Below, one piece after another: positions 28,078 to 38,015 of a stretch of 40,084 nucleotides of DNA. Each line of letters opens with the position of its first letter. Position 1 is the first letter of the stretch. Made by a program: the position numbers and the translations under genes. The stretch comes from a virus, in the UHGV virus genome UHGV-0204614. The stretch is one strand, 5' to 3'. The notes under the pieces were generated by a model, which was given only the letters and a program-made list of their open reading frames with translations, was not told where the DNA came from and did no database searches.

Positions 28078-28461
28078 ATGGCGGCATTAGAACTGATGGA
28101 ATCTGTAAGAAAAAAACTAGCGTTATATGGCTATAAGGATGTTGATTCTTATAGCCTTGAAAGTAGTATTGATGCTGCGATACAAGCAATCTTTAATTTT
28201 TGTAATATTAAGGAGCTTCCTCCCGAACTGAACTACGCGGTGGTTAATATGGCGTGCGGGGAAGTAATGTATGGGTTGAGTTTCTCTAATGGCGATACAG
28301 ATAGCGAGAGCGCTCAAAGTGTAGCATCCATAAAAGAAGGAGATACACAAGTTAATTTTGTGGCGGAAGCCACCCCCACACAGAAAAAAGATATCCTGAT
28401 TCAATCTCTTAGAACTCTGCCGTATGATGACCTAATTGCTTTTAGGAGGTTAAGATGGTGA
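28078..28461 (+). CDS. Head-tail connector (adaptor)
   Basis: FCNIKELP, SIKEGDTQVNF, FRRLRW; synteny. Confidence 0.78.
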   Translation: MAALELMESVRKKLALYGYKDVDSYSLESSIDAAIQAIFNFCNIKELPPELNYAVVNMACGEVMYGLSFSNGDTDSESAQSVASIKEGDTQVNFVAEATPTQKKDILIQSLRTLPYDDLIAFRRLRW

Positions 28462-28811
28462 CAGCTAGACAAGCGATAGAGTACTTATACAGAGGTTCGT
28501 GCGATATCTTTGTTAGGGTATACGAAACTGACGAAATTACACACATATCATCCTCAGAAGAAAAAAAGATCGTTACGGGACAACCTTGTAGAATATCTTA
28601 TAAAAGCATACCAGCTACCAGTGGTGATAATGTAGCCTCAATCACACAGTCTGTAAAACTTTTTCTTGCACCGGAAATAAAAGTTCCGGAAGGTTCTAAA
28701 ATCGTCGTTACGCAATGCGGTGGAACAACAGAGTATAAAAGTTCAGGTAAGCCGGCATTGTATCCAACTCATCAGGAAATAGAGCTTTCTCTATTCGACA
28801 AGTGGGCGTAA
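28455..28811 (+). CDS. Head closure/neck protein
   Basis: PCRISY, KLFLAPE, GSKIVVT, THQEI; synteny. Confidence 0.72.
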   Translation: MVTARQAIEYLYRGSCDIFVRVYETDEITHISSSEEKKIVTGQPCRISYKSIPATSGDNVASITQSVKLFLAPEIKVPEGSKIVVTQCGGTTEYKSSGKPALYPTHQEIELSLFDKWA

Positions 28812-28814
28812 AGT

Positions 28815-29297
28815 ATGAGTAGATGGGGTAATGTTGATTTTGAAGCTTTATTAAAGTTACAAAAAAATCTAGAGAAAGTGGCTGCGAGTGTAGATGACCT
28901 GTGTGTTCGATGTACGCAGAAGCTTGCGGCACAGCTAATAAATACGGTTATTAAGAGGACGCCGGTGAAGTCGGGTGCTTTACGGCGGGGATGGATGGCG
29001 GGTAAGTCTTCAATGAGTAGTGGAAAAGCTGCGACTAAGACCACTATGCAGGTTTCAAGAAAAGGAACATCGTATGAAATAGTTGTGTTTAATAGTGTAA
29101 ATTATGCTTCTTATGTTGAATATGGTCATAGACAAGAGCCAGGGCGGTATGTGCCCGCGATAGGTAAGCGGTTAAAAAATTCTTGGGTGAAAGGACAGTT
29201 TATGCTGAAAATTTCAGAGCAAGAGCTTGAGGCAGCTGCTCCTAGAATCATTAATAGGCTTTTAAAACCGTATATGGAGGATATATTTAAAGTATGA
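28815..29297 (+). CDS. HK97 gp10-family neck protein
   Basis: RTPVKSGALRRGW, NSVNYASYVEYGHR. Confidence 0.85.
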   Translation: MSRWGNVDFEALLKLQKNLEKVAASVDDLCVRCTQKLAAQLINTVIKRTPVKSGALRRGWMAGKSSMSSGKAATKTTMQVSRKGTSYEIVVFNSVNYASYVEYGHRQEPGRYVPAIGKRLKNSWVKGQFMLKISEQELEAAAPRIINRLLKPYMEDIFKV

Positions 29298-29734
29298 TAA
29301 ATGAAATTGTGGATTCAATTGCCATTTCTCTTTTTCAAGAGTTTGGAGAGGAATACAGTATATATACAGATACGGTAGAACAAGGCTTACAGGAGCCTTG
29401 CTTTTTTATTGCAGACCTTACAACGAATACAGACAACTATTTAGGTTCAAGAAAAAACAACCTGTGTGCATTTGACGTGCACTATTTCAGCAAACTAAAA
29501 ACGCAGAGAGATATACTTGATGTATCAATGAGGTTGCTAGAATGCTTAAAGCTAATCACTTCTGCTGACGGTAACCGCTTTTTAGGAACAAGCATGCATA
29601 CAGAAAATGCAGACGGTGTTTTGCATTGCTTTGTGAATTATAATTTTGTGACCTACGAGAGTGAAAAGCTGGATAATGCCATGTCAGATGTCAAAATAAA
29701 GCAAGGAGTTGATGGCGAAAATGGCCGTAGTTAA
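29294..29734 (+). CDS. Tail terminator-like protein
   Basis: VEQGLQEPCFFI, FDVHYF, DGVLHCFVNY; synteny. Confidence 0.7.
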   Translation: MINEIVDSIAISLFQEFGEEYSIYTDTVEQGLQEPCFFIADLTTNTDNYLGSRKNNLCAFDVHYFSKLKTQRDILDVSMRLLECLKLITSADGNRFLGTSMHTENADGVLHCFVNYNFVTYESEKLDNAMSDVKIKQGVDGENGRS

Positions 29735-29909
29735 AACGAAAGAAAAACAAGTGGATGATATTCGCTATACGAAAGAACAGCTTTTGAAAGCGAAACGATT
29801 TAGAGATAATGTAGACATTCTAAACGTTGTTTTAGATGAATATAGCGTTTATACAGTGAAAGAAACAGAAAAATTGATTATTAATTTTTTGAGAGGTAAG
29901 GTGAGATAA
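29721..29909 (+). CDS. Small hypothetical protein before sheath
   Basis: YTKEQLL; stop overlaps sheath start; start uncertain (29709-29721). Confidence 0.65.
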   Translation: MAVVKTKEKQVDDIRYTKEQLLKAKRFRDNVDILNVVLDEYSVYTVKETEKLIINFLRGKVR

Positions 29910-31219
29910 TGGCACTAGGTGGAGGAAACTGGACAACTCAGAATAAAGTACTCCCAGGTACTTATATTAACTTTGTTAGTTCTGCATCCGTCAGCTCCGC
30001 TGTCAGCGACAGAGGTGTTGTGGCAATGCCTCTTACAATGGAGTGGGGCGTGGATGGCGATGTTTTTGAGGTAACATCAGAAATGCTTCAAAATGAATCG
30101 TTGAAAATCTTTGGGTACCCATACAACCATGCAAAATTGAAAGGCATCAGAGATTTGTTTTTGCATGCAAAATCTGCATATTTTTATAAGCTAAACAAAG
30201 GGGTGGCAGCTACTAATAAATACGGAACTGCAAAATGCACCGGTGCTTTAGGTAATAAGATCCGTATTTCTGTAGCAACCAACGTGGATGAACCTTCAAA
30301 GTTTGACGTAAAAACAGTCTTTGATAATGTAGTAGTAGATGAGCAAATTGCAATTACAAAAGCAGAAATCAAAGATAATGACTTTGTGAAATTTTCACCC
30401 GGTTTAAATTTAGAGGCAGATGCTGGCACACCAATGTCCGGTGGTACCAATGGCGGCGAGGTAACAGGTACTGAATATCAAAGCTTTTTAGATAAAATTG
30501 AATCCTACAGCTTCAATATTCTTGCTTGTCCAGCTACAACAACAGAAATTAAAAAGCTGTTTGCTGCGTTTACAAAGCGCTTACGAGATGAAGTGGGCGT
30601 GAAGTTTCAAACGGTTTTACATCAGTATAACACTGCAGACTATGAAGGTATCATAAGTGTTGAAAATGACGTTGCGGATTCAGACGCACAAGTATCTGAT
30701 TTGGTGTACTGGGTAGCTGGCTTACAAGCAGGATGTTCTGTAAATAAATCTACAACAAATGAAATTTACGATGGCGAGTGTAGTGTGAAAATGGATTACA
30801 CTCAAAAACAATTGGAAGACGCATTGCAAAACGGAAAATATATTTTGCACCGAGTAGGTAATGGTGGAAGAGTGCTTGATGATATTAATACCCTGGTTAC
30901 TCACACAAATGAAAAAGGAAAAGATTTTTCTCGAAATCAAGTCATCCGAGTATTAGACCAAATTGCAGTTGATACAGCTCTTATTTTTAACAATAGATTT
31001 TTAGGTAAGATTCAAAATAACGAAAGTGGTCGTACAAGTTTTTGGAGTGCTCTGGTAGATCACCATAAAGAACTGGAAAGATTACAAGCTATTGATACTT
31101 TTGATACCAGCAATCTTGTGGTGGCACAAGGAGATAGCAGACAGTCCATCGTTGTAACTGATATGGTAAAGCCTATCGACGCCATGACTCACTTATACAT
31201 GACAGTGACAGTAAACTAA
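29909..31219 (+). CDS. Tail sheath protein (XkdK-like)
   Basis: MALGGG..QNKVLPGTYINF, VLDDINT, NQVIRVLD. Confidence 0.92.
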   Translation: MALGGGNWTTQNKVLPGTYINFVSSASVSSAVSDRGVVAMPLTMEWGVDGDVFEVTSEMLQNESLKIFGYPYNHAKLKGIRDLFLHAKSAYFYKLNKGVAATNKYGTAKCTGALGNKIRISVATNVDEPSKFDVKTVFDNVVVDEQIAITKAEIKDNDFVKFSPGLNLEADAGTPMSGGTNGGEVTGTEYQSFLDKIESYSFNILACPATTTEIKKLFAAFTKRLRDEVGVKFQTVLHQYNTADYEGIISVENDVADSDAQVSDLVYWVAGLQAGCSVNKSTTNEIYDGECSVKMDYTQKQLEDALQNGKYILHRVGNGGRVLDDINTLVTHTNEKGKDFSRNQVIRVLDQIAVDTALIFNNRFLGKIQNNESGRTSFWSALVDHHKELERLQAIDTFDTSNLVVAQGDSRQSIVVTDMVKPIDAMTHLYMTVTVN

Positions 31220-31235
31220 AAGGAGGACAAAAAGA

Positions 31236-31712
31236 ATGGCAAGAAATGTTATGCATGCAAAAGATACCGTTAGCGCGTCATTGGCAGAGTGTTATGTAAC
31301 TCTGGAAGGAAAGCGCTATAACTTAATGCAAGCCATTAACCTTGAGGCTAACTTTGAGAAAAATAAGACGGAAGTACCAATCTTAGGAAAAACCGGAAAA
31401 GGTAACAAAGCGACAGGTTGGACCGGTACAGGTTCCGCAACATTCCACTATAATACCAGTGTTTTTCGTATGCTTATGTATCGATATAAAGAGACTGGGG
31501 AAGATGTTTACTTTGATATTCAAGTGACAAACGAGGACCCAACCAGTGCGGTAGGAAGACAAACTGTAATTTTAAAAGATTGCAACGTTGACGGTGGTAT
31601 TCTTGCAAAATTTGATGCAGATGCAGAGTACCTGGATGAAGACATGGACTTCACATTTGAAGATTTTGAAATTCCTGAACAATTTAAGTTGTTACAAGGT
31701 ATGGAACAATAG
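31236..31712 (+). CDS. Tail tube protein (XkdM-like)
   Basis: GTGSATFHYNTS, NEDPTSAVGRQ, DFTFED. Confidence 0.9.
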   Translation: MARNVMHAKDTVSASLAECYVTLEGKRYNLMQAINLEANFEKNKTEVPILGKTGKGNKATGWTGTGSATFHYNTSVFRMLMYRYKETGEDVYFDIQVTNEDPTSAVGRQTVILKDCNVDGGILAKFDADAEYLDEDMDFTFEDFEIPEQFKLLQGMEQ

Positions 31713-31729
31713 AAAGGTTGATGAAATAA

Positions 31730-32161
31730 ATGGAAAATACATTAACAGCGTTTTTAGCGCAAAACGTAGCACAAGATGAATTATTTGAGTTTATACCTTC
31801 AAATCGTTTTCTGGACAGCAAAGGCAATCCAATCACTTGGAAATTAAAAACAATCTCTGCTGATGAAGACGAACAATTACGAATCAGTTGTACAAAAAAA
31901 GTACCTGTATTAGGTAAAAAGGGCACATATCAACAAGAGTTAAACACAAACCAATATGTTGGAAAAATGGCGTCTATGTGTGTGGTATATCCTGATCTAA
32001 CTGATGCAGAACTACAAAATAGCTACGGAGTAATGGGTGATGACAACTTATTAAAGAAAATGCTAAAGTCTGGGGAGTATGCCGCATTACTAAACAAAGT
32101 GCAGGAGATTAATGGATTTGATATTACAACGCAGGATTTGGTTGATGAAGCAAAAAACTAA
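31730..32161 (+). CDS. Tail assembly chaperone (XkdN-like)
   Basis: VVYPDL, ELQNSYGV, GEY, ends EAKN. Confidence 0.88.
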   Translation: MENTLTAFLAQNVAQDELFEFIPSNRFLDSKGNPITWKLKTISADEDEQLRISCTKKVPVLGKKGTYQQELNTNQYVGKMASMCVVYPDLTDAELQNSYGVMGDDNLLKKMLKSGEYAALLNKVQEINGFDITTQDLVDEAKN

Positions 32162-32340
32162 TCAATGGAGACGATCCTGAGTCAGTAATTGCTTATTATT
32201 GTCTCCACAAATTACATTGGGAGCCCTCCAAGTTTTTAACATTGTCAAAGCGAGAACAAGCTTTTGTAATCGCTGCCATTGAGATAAAAGCGGTACAAGA
32301 CAAAAAGGACAAAGCTAAAATCAAGTCTAAGCACAAATAA
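32152..32340 (+). other. Programmed -1 frameshift site (A AAA AAC) and 60-codon extension giving the long chaperone
   Basis: GCA AAA AAC TAA; -1 frame reads LINGDDPESVIAYYCLHKLHWEPSKF...KHK to TAA at 32340 with no separate start or RBS. Confidence 0.8.
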
Positions 32341-32369
32341 TTGCTTATCTTCCGATTTTGTTATATAAT
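32341..32369 (+). promoter_or_regulatory. sigmaA promoter of lipoprotein moron
   Basis: TTGCTT-17bp-TATAAT. Confidence 0.75.
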
Positions 32370-32402
32370 GTAAAATATCATATTTAAAGGGGAGAAAGAA
32401 TT

Positions 32403-32966
32403 ATGAAAAAAGCATTTTTAATTTTAGCTGCTTGTGCTGTAGTATCCGCCGCATTAGTGGGTTGTGGGAGTGAGAAAAATACATCTCAAGAGAACAACAG
32501 CGCTGCCGAGGTCGGAAATGCAGTACCTTCCGATAAAACATCAGAAGGAACACTCAAAGTAGGAAGTACTGGTACATTAGGCGATTGGGAAATCACTCTT
32601 GAAAAGTTTGAGTTTTTAGAAACAATACCAAATACATACGGTAGTTTTTCTCCGGAAGATGGAAATCAGTATGGTGTAGTAACATTGACTGTTAAGAATA
32701 ACGGAAAAAGTGCCGATGAATTTTTACCGATGGTTGTATATGGTGACAAAACATCTGCAAAAATAATATATGATGGTCAATATGAATATTCTGCAACATA
32801 CTTGCTTGGATATGATAATGATTTGCATAACAAAAGCCTAAATCCGCTATCATCTGCAACAGGCAATGTGGCGTTTGATGTACCAATGTCAGTTGTAGAC
32901 GGTTCACAACCCAAAATACTACAAATTACATCGGGCACAAAGAAATTAGAATTCACTCTTAACTAG
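32403..32966 (+). CDS. Lipoprotein moron (DUF4352-like Ig fold), candidate superinfection exclusion factor
   Basis: MKK signal peptide with lipobox LVGC; LKVG...VVTLTVKNNGK...LNPL...GNVAFDVP. Confidence 0.78.
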   Translation: MKKAFLILAACAVVSAALVGCGSEKNTSQENNSAAEVGNAVPSDKTSEGTLKVGSTGTLGDWEITLEKFEFLETIPNTYGSFSPEDGNQYGVVTLTVKNNGKSADEFLPMVVYGDKTSAKIIYDGQYEYSATYLLGYDNDLHNKSLNPLSSATGNVAFDVPMSVVDGSQPKILQITSGTKKLEFTLN

Positions 32967-32989
32967 GCATATATAATATAAATACTTAG

Positions 32990-33021
32990 AAGCACTGTGT
33001 ATTTCTGCACAGTGCTTTTTT
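32990..33021 (+). terminator. Intrinsic terminator of moron
   Basis: AAGCACTGTGT-ATTTCT-GCACAGTGCTT then T tract. Confidence 0.8.
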
Positions 33022-33050
33022 ATATCTTATTTAAGAAAGGAGGTACTATT

Positions 33051-35141
33051 ATGGCCACGATACAAACGGCAATTAGATTGCAGGACCAAATGACAGCTCC
33101 CCTGCGTAATATGCTTAAAACAATGGATATTGTTATCAATAGTTTTGAGCGTATGCAGAAAGTATCGGGATCAGCAATAGATATATCTGGTATACAGCAA
33201 GCCAGACAAAGTTTGAGCCAAGTGGCCGAATCAATAAATAAAACAGAAGAAAATATACGGCGAGCCACCAATGAGCAGCGCAATTTTAATCATGAAATTA
33301 GTAATGGGAGTGGCGCAGCATCAGGATTGGCTGGTAAAATATCAGGGATAGTGACTGCTTATGCAGGTTTTAGAGGATTGAAAGCAGTATTAAGTATGTC
33401 GGACACGGTTGCGACAACAAACGCTCGTCTTGACATGATGAATGACGAATTACAAACTACGGAGAGTTTACAAAATAAGATTTTTGCATCTGCACAAAGA
33501 GCAAGGACGGATTATACGACGACTGCCGATGTAGTTTCAAAACTGGGGATTAGAGCAAAAGACGCATTTACTTCAAATGATGAAATAATAGCCTTTGTAG
33601 AGCAATTGAATAAGCAATTTATTATTGCGGGTGCGTCTCAGGAGGAAATAAATTCGGCATCGTTGCAATTAACCCAAGCATTAGGTTCTGGAGTATTAAG
33701 AGGTGAGGAACTTAATGCTGTGTTTGAGGCAGCGCCCAATATTATTCAATCTATAGCTGACTATATGGGTAAACCAATTGGACAGATCAGAGAAATGGCT
33801 TCTCAAGGTCAAATCAGTGCAAATGTGGTTAAAAATGCCATGTTTGATGCAGCAAAAGAAACCAACGCCGCATTCGATAGAATGCCAAAAACATTTGCGC
33901 AATTGTGGGTTTCCGCATTAAATAAGGTAAAAAAAGCTTTTGAACCTTTATTGAAAAAATTCAACGATTTGGCAAACAGCCCTAAGTTTGAAACCTTTAT
34001 TGACAATATAGTTATCAGTCTAGCGTACCTTGCTAATATTGCACTGTATTTATTTGATACAATCGTAAGTATTTATAATTTTTTTGCGGATAACTGGTCC
34101 TTGATAGGTCCTATTGTGTGGACAATAGTAGGTGCTTTTATTGCTTATAAAGTAGCAGTTCTTGCGGCAAAAGGAGCTATGGCTTTATATAATATTGGGC
34201 AAGGACTATTTGCTATTGCTACAGGTACTGCTACAACGGCGCAACGGGGGCTTAATACAGCAATGTATGCGTGTCCATTAACATGGATTGTGTTAATGAT
34301 AGTGGCAGTGATATTAGCAGTATACGGAGCTGTTGCGGCTTTTAATAAATTTGCGGGCACATCTGTGTCAGCAACGGGTATTATTGCGGGGGCTATTATG
34401 TTCGCGCTGTATTCCATTTACAATATTTTTGGTGCTGTCTGGAATTTTATTATTGACCTAGTGGTTATTGTTTGGAATTTAATTGCAGCTTTTGCCAATT
34501 TTTTTGGAAATGTTTTTGATGATCCCGTAGAAGCAATTGCACGTTTATTCGTAAATTTAGTTAATTTTGTCCTAGGTTTACTCAAATCACTTGCAAGTGT
34601 GATTGACTTTCTGTTTGGTTCTCATCTTGCGGATGGAGTACAAGGTTGGATGGACGGTTTAAACTCCAAAGTAGATGAGATTTTTGGAGAAGAAGTTGAG
34701 CACATGTTCAAAATAAACGCTGAAGATTATAAGCTAAACAGAGCCGATCCTTTTGAAGGATGGGATAAAGGTTATGAATGGGGGAAAGGTTTAGAAGATT
34801 CCATTTCGAATTTTAATCCGGAGGATTTATTTTCTGGCTTGGGCGGCTTAGAAAAATCGCTCAATGACTTATCGGAAGCAAATGTCCCTGCAGATATAGG
34901 CAATACTGCTGAAAACACCCAAGCCATCAAAGATAGTCTTGATATATCGTCAGAAGATTTAAAATATTTGCGCGATCTAGCAGAGCAGGAAGTAATCAAT
35001 AGATTTACCACAGCTGAACTTAAAATTGATTTTACAGCCAATAACAATGTTAACTCAGATACAGATATTGATGGAATTGTAGATGCCTTAGCGAATAGGG
35101 TGCAGGAAGCGCTAGTATCAACAGCAGAGGGGGTTCATTAA
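33051..35141 (+). CDS. Tape measure protein
   Basis: QLTQALGSGVLRGEELN tape-measure domain, hydrophobic segments, DLKYLRDLAEQEVINRFTTAE. Confidence 0.92.
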   Translation: MATIQTAIRLQDQMTAPLRNMLKTMDIVINSFERMQKVSGSAIDISGIQQARQSLSQVAESINKTEENIRRATNEQRNFNHEISNGSGAASGLAGKISGIVTAYAGFRGLKAVLSMSDTVATTNARLDMMNDELQTTESLQNKIFASAQRARTDYTTTADVVSKLGIRAKDAFTSNDEIIAFVEQLNKQFIIAGASQEEINSASLQLTQALGSGVLRGEELNAVFEAAPNIIQSIADYMGKPIGQIREMASQGQISANVVKNAMFDAAKETNAAFDRMPKTFAQLWVSALNKVKKAFEPLLKKFNDLANSPKFETFIDNIVISLAYLANIALYLFDTIVSIYNFFADNWSLIGPIVWTIVGAFIAYKVAVLAAKGAMALYNIGQGLFAIATGTATTAQRGLNTAMYACPLTWIVLMIVAVILAVYGAVAAFNKFAGTSVSATGIIAGAIMFALYSIYNIFGAVWNFIIDLVVIVWNLIAAFANFFGNVFDDPVEAIARLFVNLVNFVLGLLKSLASVIDFLFGSHLADGVQGWMDGLNSKVDEIFGEEVEHMFKINAEDYKLNRADPFEGWDKGYEWGKGLEDSISNFNPEDLFSGLGGLEKSLNDLSEANVPADIGNTAENTQAIKDSLDISSEDLKYLRDLAEQEVINRFTTAELKIDFTANNNVNSDTDIDGIVDALANRVQEALVSTAEGVH

Positions 35142-35824
35142 TGGCATATCACGTATATTTAGGTGATACGGAGATACCTATACCACCTGAAAAAATAGAT
35201 TTGAAAATCTCAGGGAACAATAAAACGCTTACTCTCATAAATGACGGAGAGATTAATATTTTAAAAAATCCCGGTCTGACAGAATTAAGTTTTGAGATAC
35301 TATTGCCACAGGTGCAATACCCATTTGCATATTATCCGAATGGCTTTCAGAAAGCACAGTATTATCTGGATGTTTTGGAAAAATACATGGTAGGGAGCAA
35401 ACCGTTTCAGTTTATTGTATCTCGAGTAATGCCAAATGGAATTCCACTGTATGATACAAACTTGAAAGTATCGCTAGAAAAATATGATATAAAAGAAGAT
35501 GTAAAAAATGGGTTTGATATTGTTGCATCAGTCAAAATGAAACAGTATCGTGACTATGCAACCAAAGTGATTGAAGTAGTGGAAAATCAAACAGCCCATA
35601 TCAGTAGTGACCGTGCAGGTGCACCGTCATATCAAAGCTATACTGTAGTATCAGGTGATACTTTATGGGATATTGCACGCCGTTGTCTAGGAAATGGAGC
35701 TCGGTGGAAAGAAATATATGACTTAAATGCGGATGTTATAGAGTCTACCGCACGCAGTCGTGGACTTGGCAGCTCCAGCACAGGGCATTGGATTTTTCCC
35801 GGCACTGTTTTGAATATACCGTAA
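35141..35824 (+). CDS. LysM tail tube initiator (XkdP-like)
   Basis: PIPPEKI N-terminus; C-terminal YTVVSGDTLWDIA LysM. Confidence 0.85.
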   Translation: MAYHVYLGDTEIPIPPEKIDLKISGNNKTLTLINDGEINILKNPGLTELSFEILLPQVQYPFAYYPNGFQKAQYYLDVLEKYMVGSKPFQFIVSRVMPNGIPLYDTNLKVSLEKYDIKEDVKNGFDIVASVKMKQYRDYATKVIEVVENQTAHISSDRAGAPSYQSYTVVSGDTLWDIARRCLGNGARWKEIYDLNADVIESTARSRGLGSSSTGHWIFPGTVLNIP

Positions 35825-35840
35825 TAAGGAGGGAGTTAAC

Positions 35841-37358
35841 ATGAGTGAATATGTTTGGCCTTGTCCCAACTATACTATGGTTTCATCTCCTTTTGGCTAT
35901 AGAAATGGGGTGTTTACTCCGGGAGCAGAGTTTCACAAAGGTGTTGACTTAGCTGCGGCTACCGGTGCTCCAATTCTCGCCACAAAGGCAGGTACTGTGT
36001 TAACTGCAGGGTGGTCAAACTCGTTTGGCAACTGGGTTCATCTTGACCACGGTAACGGAATTACCTCCCGCTACGGTCATGCAAGCAGCTTACTGGTATC
36101 GGCAGGGCAAACCGTTAGTGCAGGTCAGAAAATAGCAACGGTTGGGTCAACCGGTTGGTCAACAGGCCCACATTTGCATTTTGAGATTATTGTTAACGGC
36201 TCCGTGCAGAATCCGCTTGATTTTGTAAGCGATAAAGATACTGCAGTGACTTCGAAGCCGTCGAATCAGGCAAGCAGTCAGCATACGTGGGAATCTCCAA
36301 AAGTAGATACCCTTGCGTATCTGGGAGCGCTGTCACAGCTGGAAATGTCCAGTGTTTCTATTGATTTTAGCAGCGTAAAGAAAAAAGCAATTGAAGATAT
36401 TCAAGTACAGCTATATATTCAAAATGGTAATACCATTTACGAGCCGGTTGTCTTAGATGAAATCAGTTGGACTACAGAGTGGAAAGGTACACCGGGACAA
36501 CTACAGTTTAGTATAAAAGCTGATAGAGAAGTTAAATTTGCGGAAGGTAATGCGGTGAGACTTACCGTAGACGGAGTAAATCTGTTCTACGGATTTATTT
36601 TTACCCAAAAGAGAGATAAAGCGGGAACTATAGAAATTACGGCTTTTGACCAACTGCGATATTTAAAGAATAAAGATTCGTATATTTACGAAAACAAAAC
36701 TGCGGGACAGTTGGTGCGGATGATAGCAAAAGATTTTAACTTACAGTGTGGCGATATTGCGGACACAGGTTTTGTAATTGAATCAAGAATTGAAGATAAC
36801 GCTACTCTTTTTGATACGATTCAAACTGCATTAGACCTCACGCTAATTAATAAGAAAAAATTGTATGTTCTATATGATGATTTCGGAAAACTTACCCTGA
36901 AAAATATAGAGGATATGAGGCTTGATATTTTGGTAGACAACGAAACGGCTGAAAATTACAACTATACAACCACAATTGACTCTGATACTTATAACAAAAT
37001 AAAACTTGCGTATGATAACGATGATACGGGAACACGTGAGGTGTATATCGCTCAAGATACAGGAAACATCAATGAGTGGGGTGTTTTACAGTATCATGAG
37101 AAGCTGCAAAAAGGGGAAAATGGCGCAGAAAAAGCGAACGCCTATCTTGCGCTTTACAACAAAAAGAAACGAAATTTAAAAATAGAAAAAGTATTGGGCG
37201 ATAAACGTGTGCGTGCAGGCTCGAGTATCGCGATATTACTTAATTTAGGAGATATGGTAGTACAAAACTATATGGTTGTGCAACACGTAAAGCATACATT
37301 TACCAACCATCAGCATCTAATGGATTTAACTTTAATGGGAGGTGATTTTGTTGTCTAG
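35841..37358 (+). CDS. Baseplate hub (XkdQ-like) with N-terminal M23 peptidase
   Basis: HKGVD, YGH, STGPHLHFE M23 motifs; DQLRYLKNKD hub region. Confidence 0.85.
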   Translation: MSEYVWPCPNYTMVSSPFGYRNGVFTPGAEFHKGVDLAAATGAPILATKAGTVLTAGWSNSFGNWVHLDHGNGITSRYGHASSLLVSAGQTVSAGQKIATVGSTGWSTGPHLHFEIIVNGSVQNPLDFVSDKDTAVTSKPSNQASSQHTWESPKVDTLAYLGALSQLEMSSVSIDFSSVKKKAIEDIQVQLYIQNGNTIYEPVVLDEISWTTEWKGTPGQLQFSIKADREVKFAEGNAVRLTVDGVNLFYGFIFTQKRDKAGTIEITAFDQLRYLKNKDSYIYENKTAGQLVRMIAKDFNLQCGDIADTGFVIESRIEDNATLFDTIQTALDLTLINKKKLYVLYDDFGKLTLKNIEDMRLDILVDNETAENYNYTTTIDSDTYNKIKLAYDNDDTGTREVYIAQDTGNINEWGVLQYHEKLQKGENGAEKANAYLALYNKKKRNLKIEKVLGDKRVRAGSSIAILLNLGDMVVQNYMVVQHVKHTFTNHQHLMDLTLMGGDFVV

Positions 37359-37617
37359 TAATCAGCTACTGCAAATGATTAAATTGGCTGCAATAGAGGC
37401 TGTAGAAGCTACAAAGCCTTGTGCGGCGGTTTATGGTACGGTCAAAAGCAAGGCGCCATTAACGATTAACATAGATCAAAAAATCACCTTGACTTCTTCT
37501 TTTTTGGTGGTTACCAATACCGTAAAAGACATTCTCAGTGTTGGGGATACCGTGGTGATGTTAAGGATTCAGGGTGGACAGCAATTTCTTGTTTTAGATA
37601 AGGTGGTGGAAGCATGA
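37351..37617 (+). CDS. Baseplate spike-like protein (DUF2577/XkdR-like)
   Basis: GTVKSKAPL, LSVGDTV, QGGQQFLVLDK. Confidence 0.8.
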   Translation: MSSNQLLQMIKLAAIEAVEATKPCAAVYGTVKSKAPLTINIDQKITLTSSFLVVTNTVKDILSVGDTVVMLRIQGGQQFLVLDKVVEA

Positions 37618-38015
37618 CGCCAAACGTAGGAAATCAACTGAAAGCAGACTGGACGATTCAAACACAGCCTAGCAAAACATATAGGTTAAATGTAGATATT
37701 CAAACCATTGTAGGCTATTGCGACGATAGAAAAGCAATAGAACAAGCCATCTACTTGATTTTAAATACAGAACGCTTCGAGTGGGTTATATACAGTTGGA
37801 ACTATGGTTCAGAATTACAAAGTTTATTTGGCAAACCTATACCATATGTAGTATCTGAGCTGCAGCGTCGTATTAAAGAAGCTCTGCTGCAAGATGACCG
37901 TATCAATAATGTAGAAAATTTTAGGGTATCTCGCTCTGGCAATAAGGTTCTTGTGGAATTTGACGTGTCAACGATTAAGGGCGTCATTCCTGTTAACAAG
38001 GAGGTGGTTGTTTAA
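37614..38015 (+). CDS. Baseplate wedge/sheath initiator (DUF2634/XkdS-like)
   Basis: LNTERFEWVIYSWNYGSE, EALLQDDRI. Confidence 0.85.
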   Translation: MTPNVGNQLKADWTIQTQPSKTYRLNVDIQTIVGYCDDRKAIEQAIYLILNTERFEWVIYSWNYGSELQSLFGKPIPYVVSELQRRIKEALLQDDRINNVENFRVSRSGNKVLVEFDVSTIKGVIPVNKEVVV

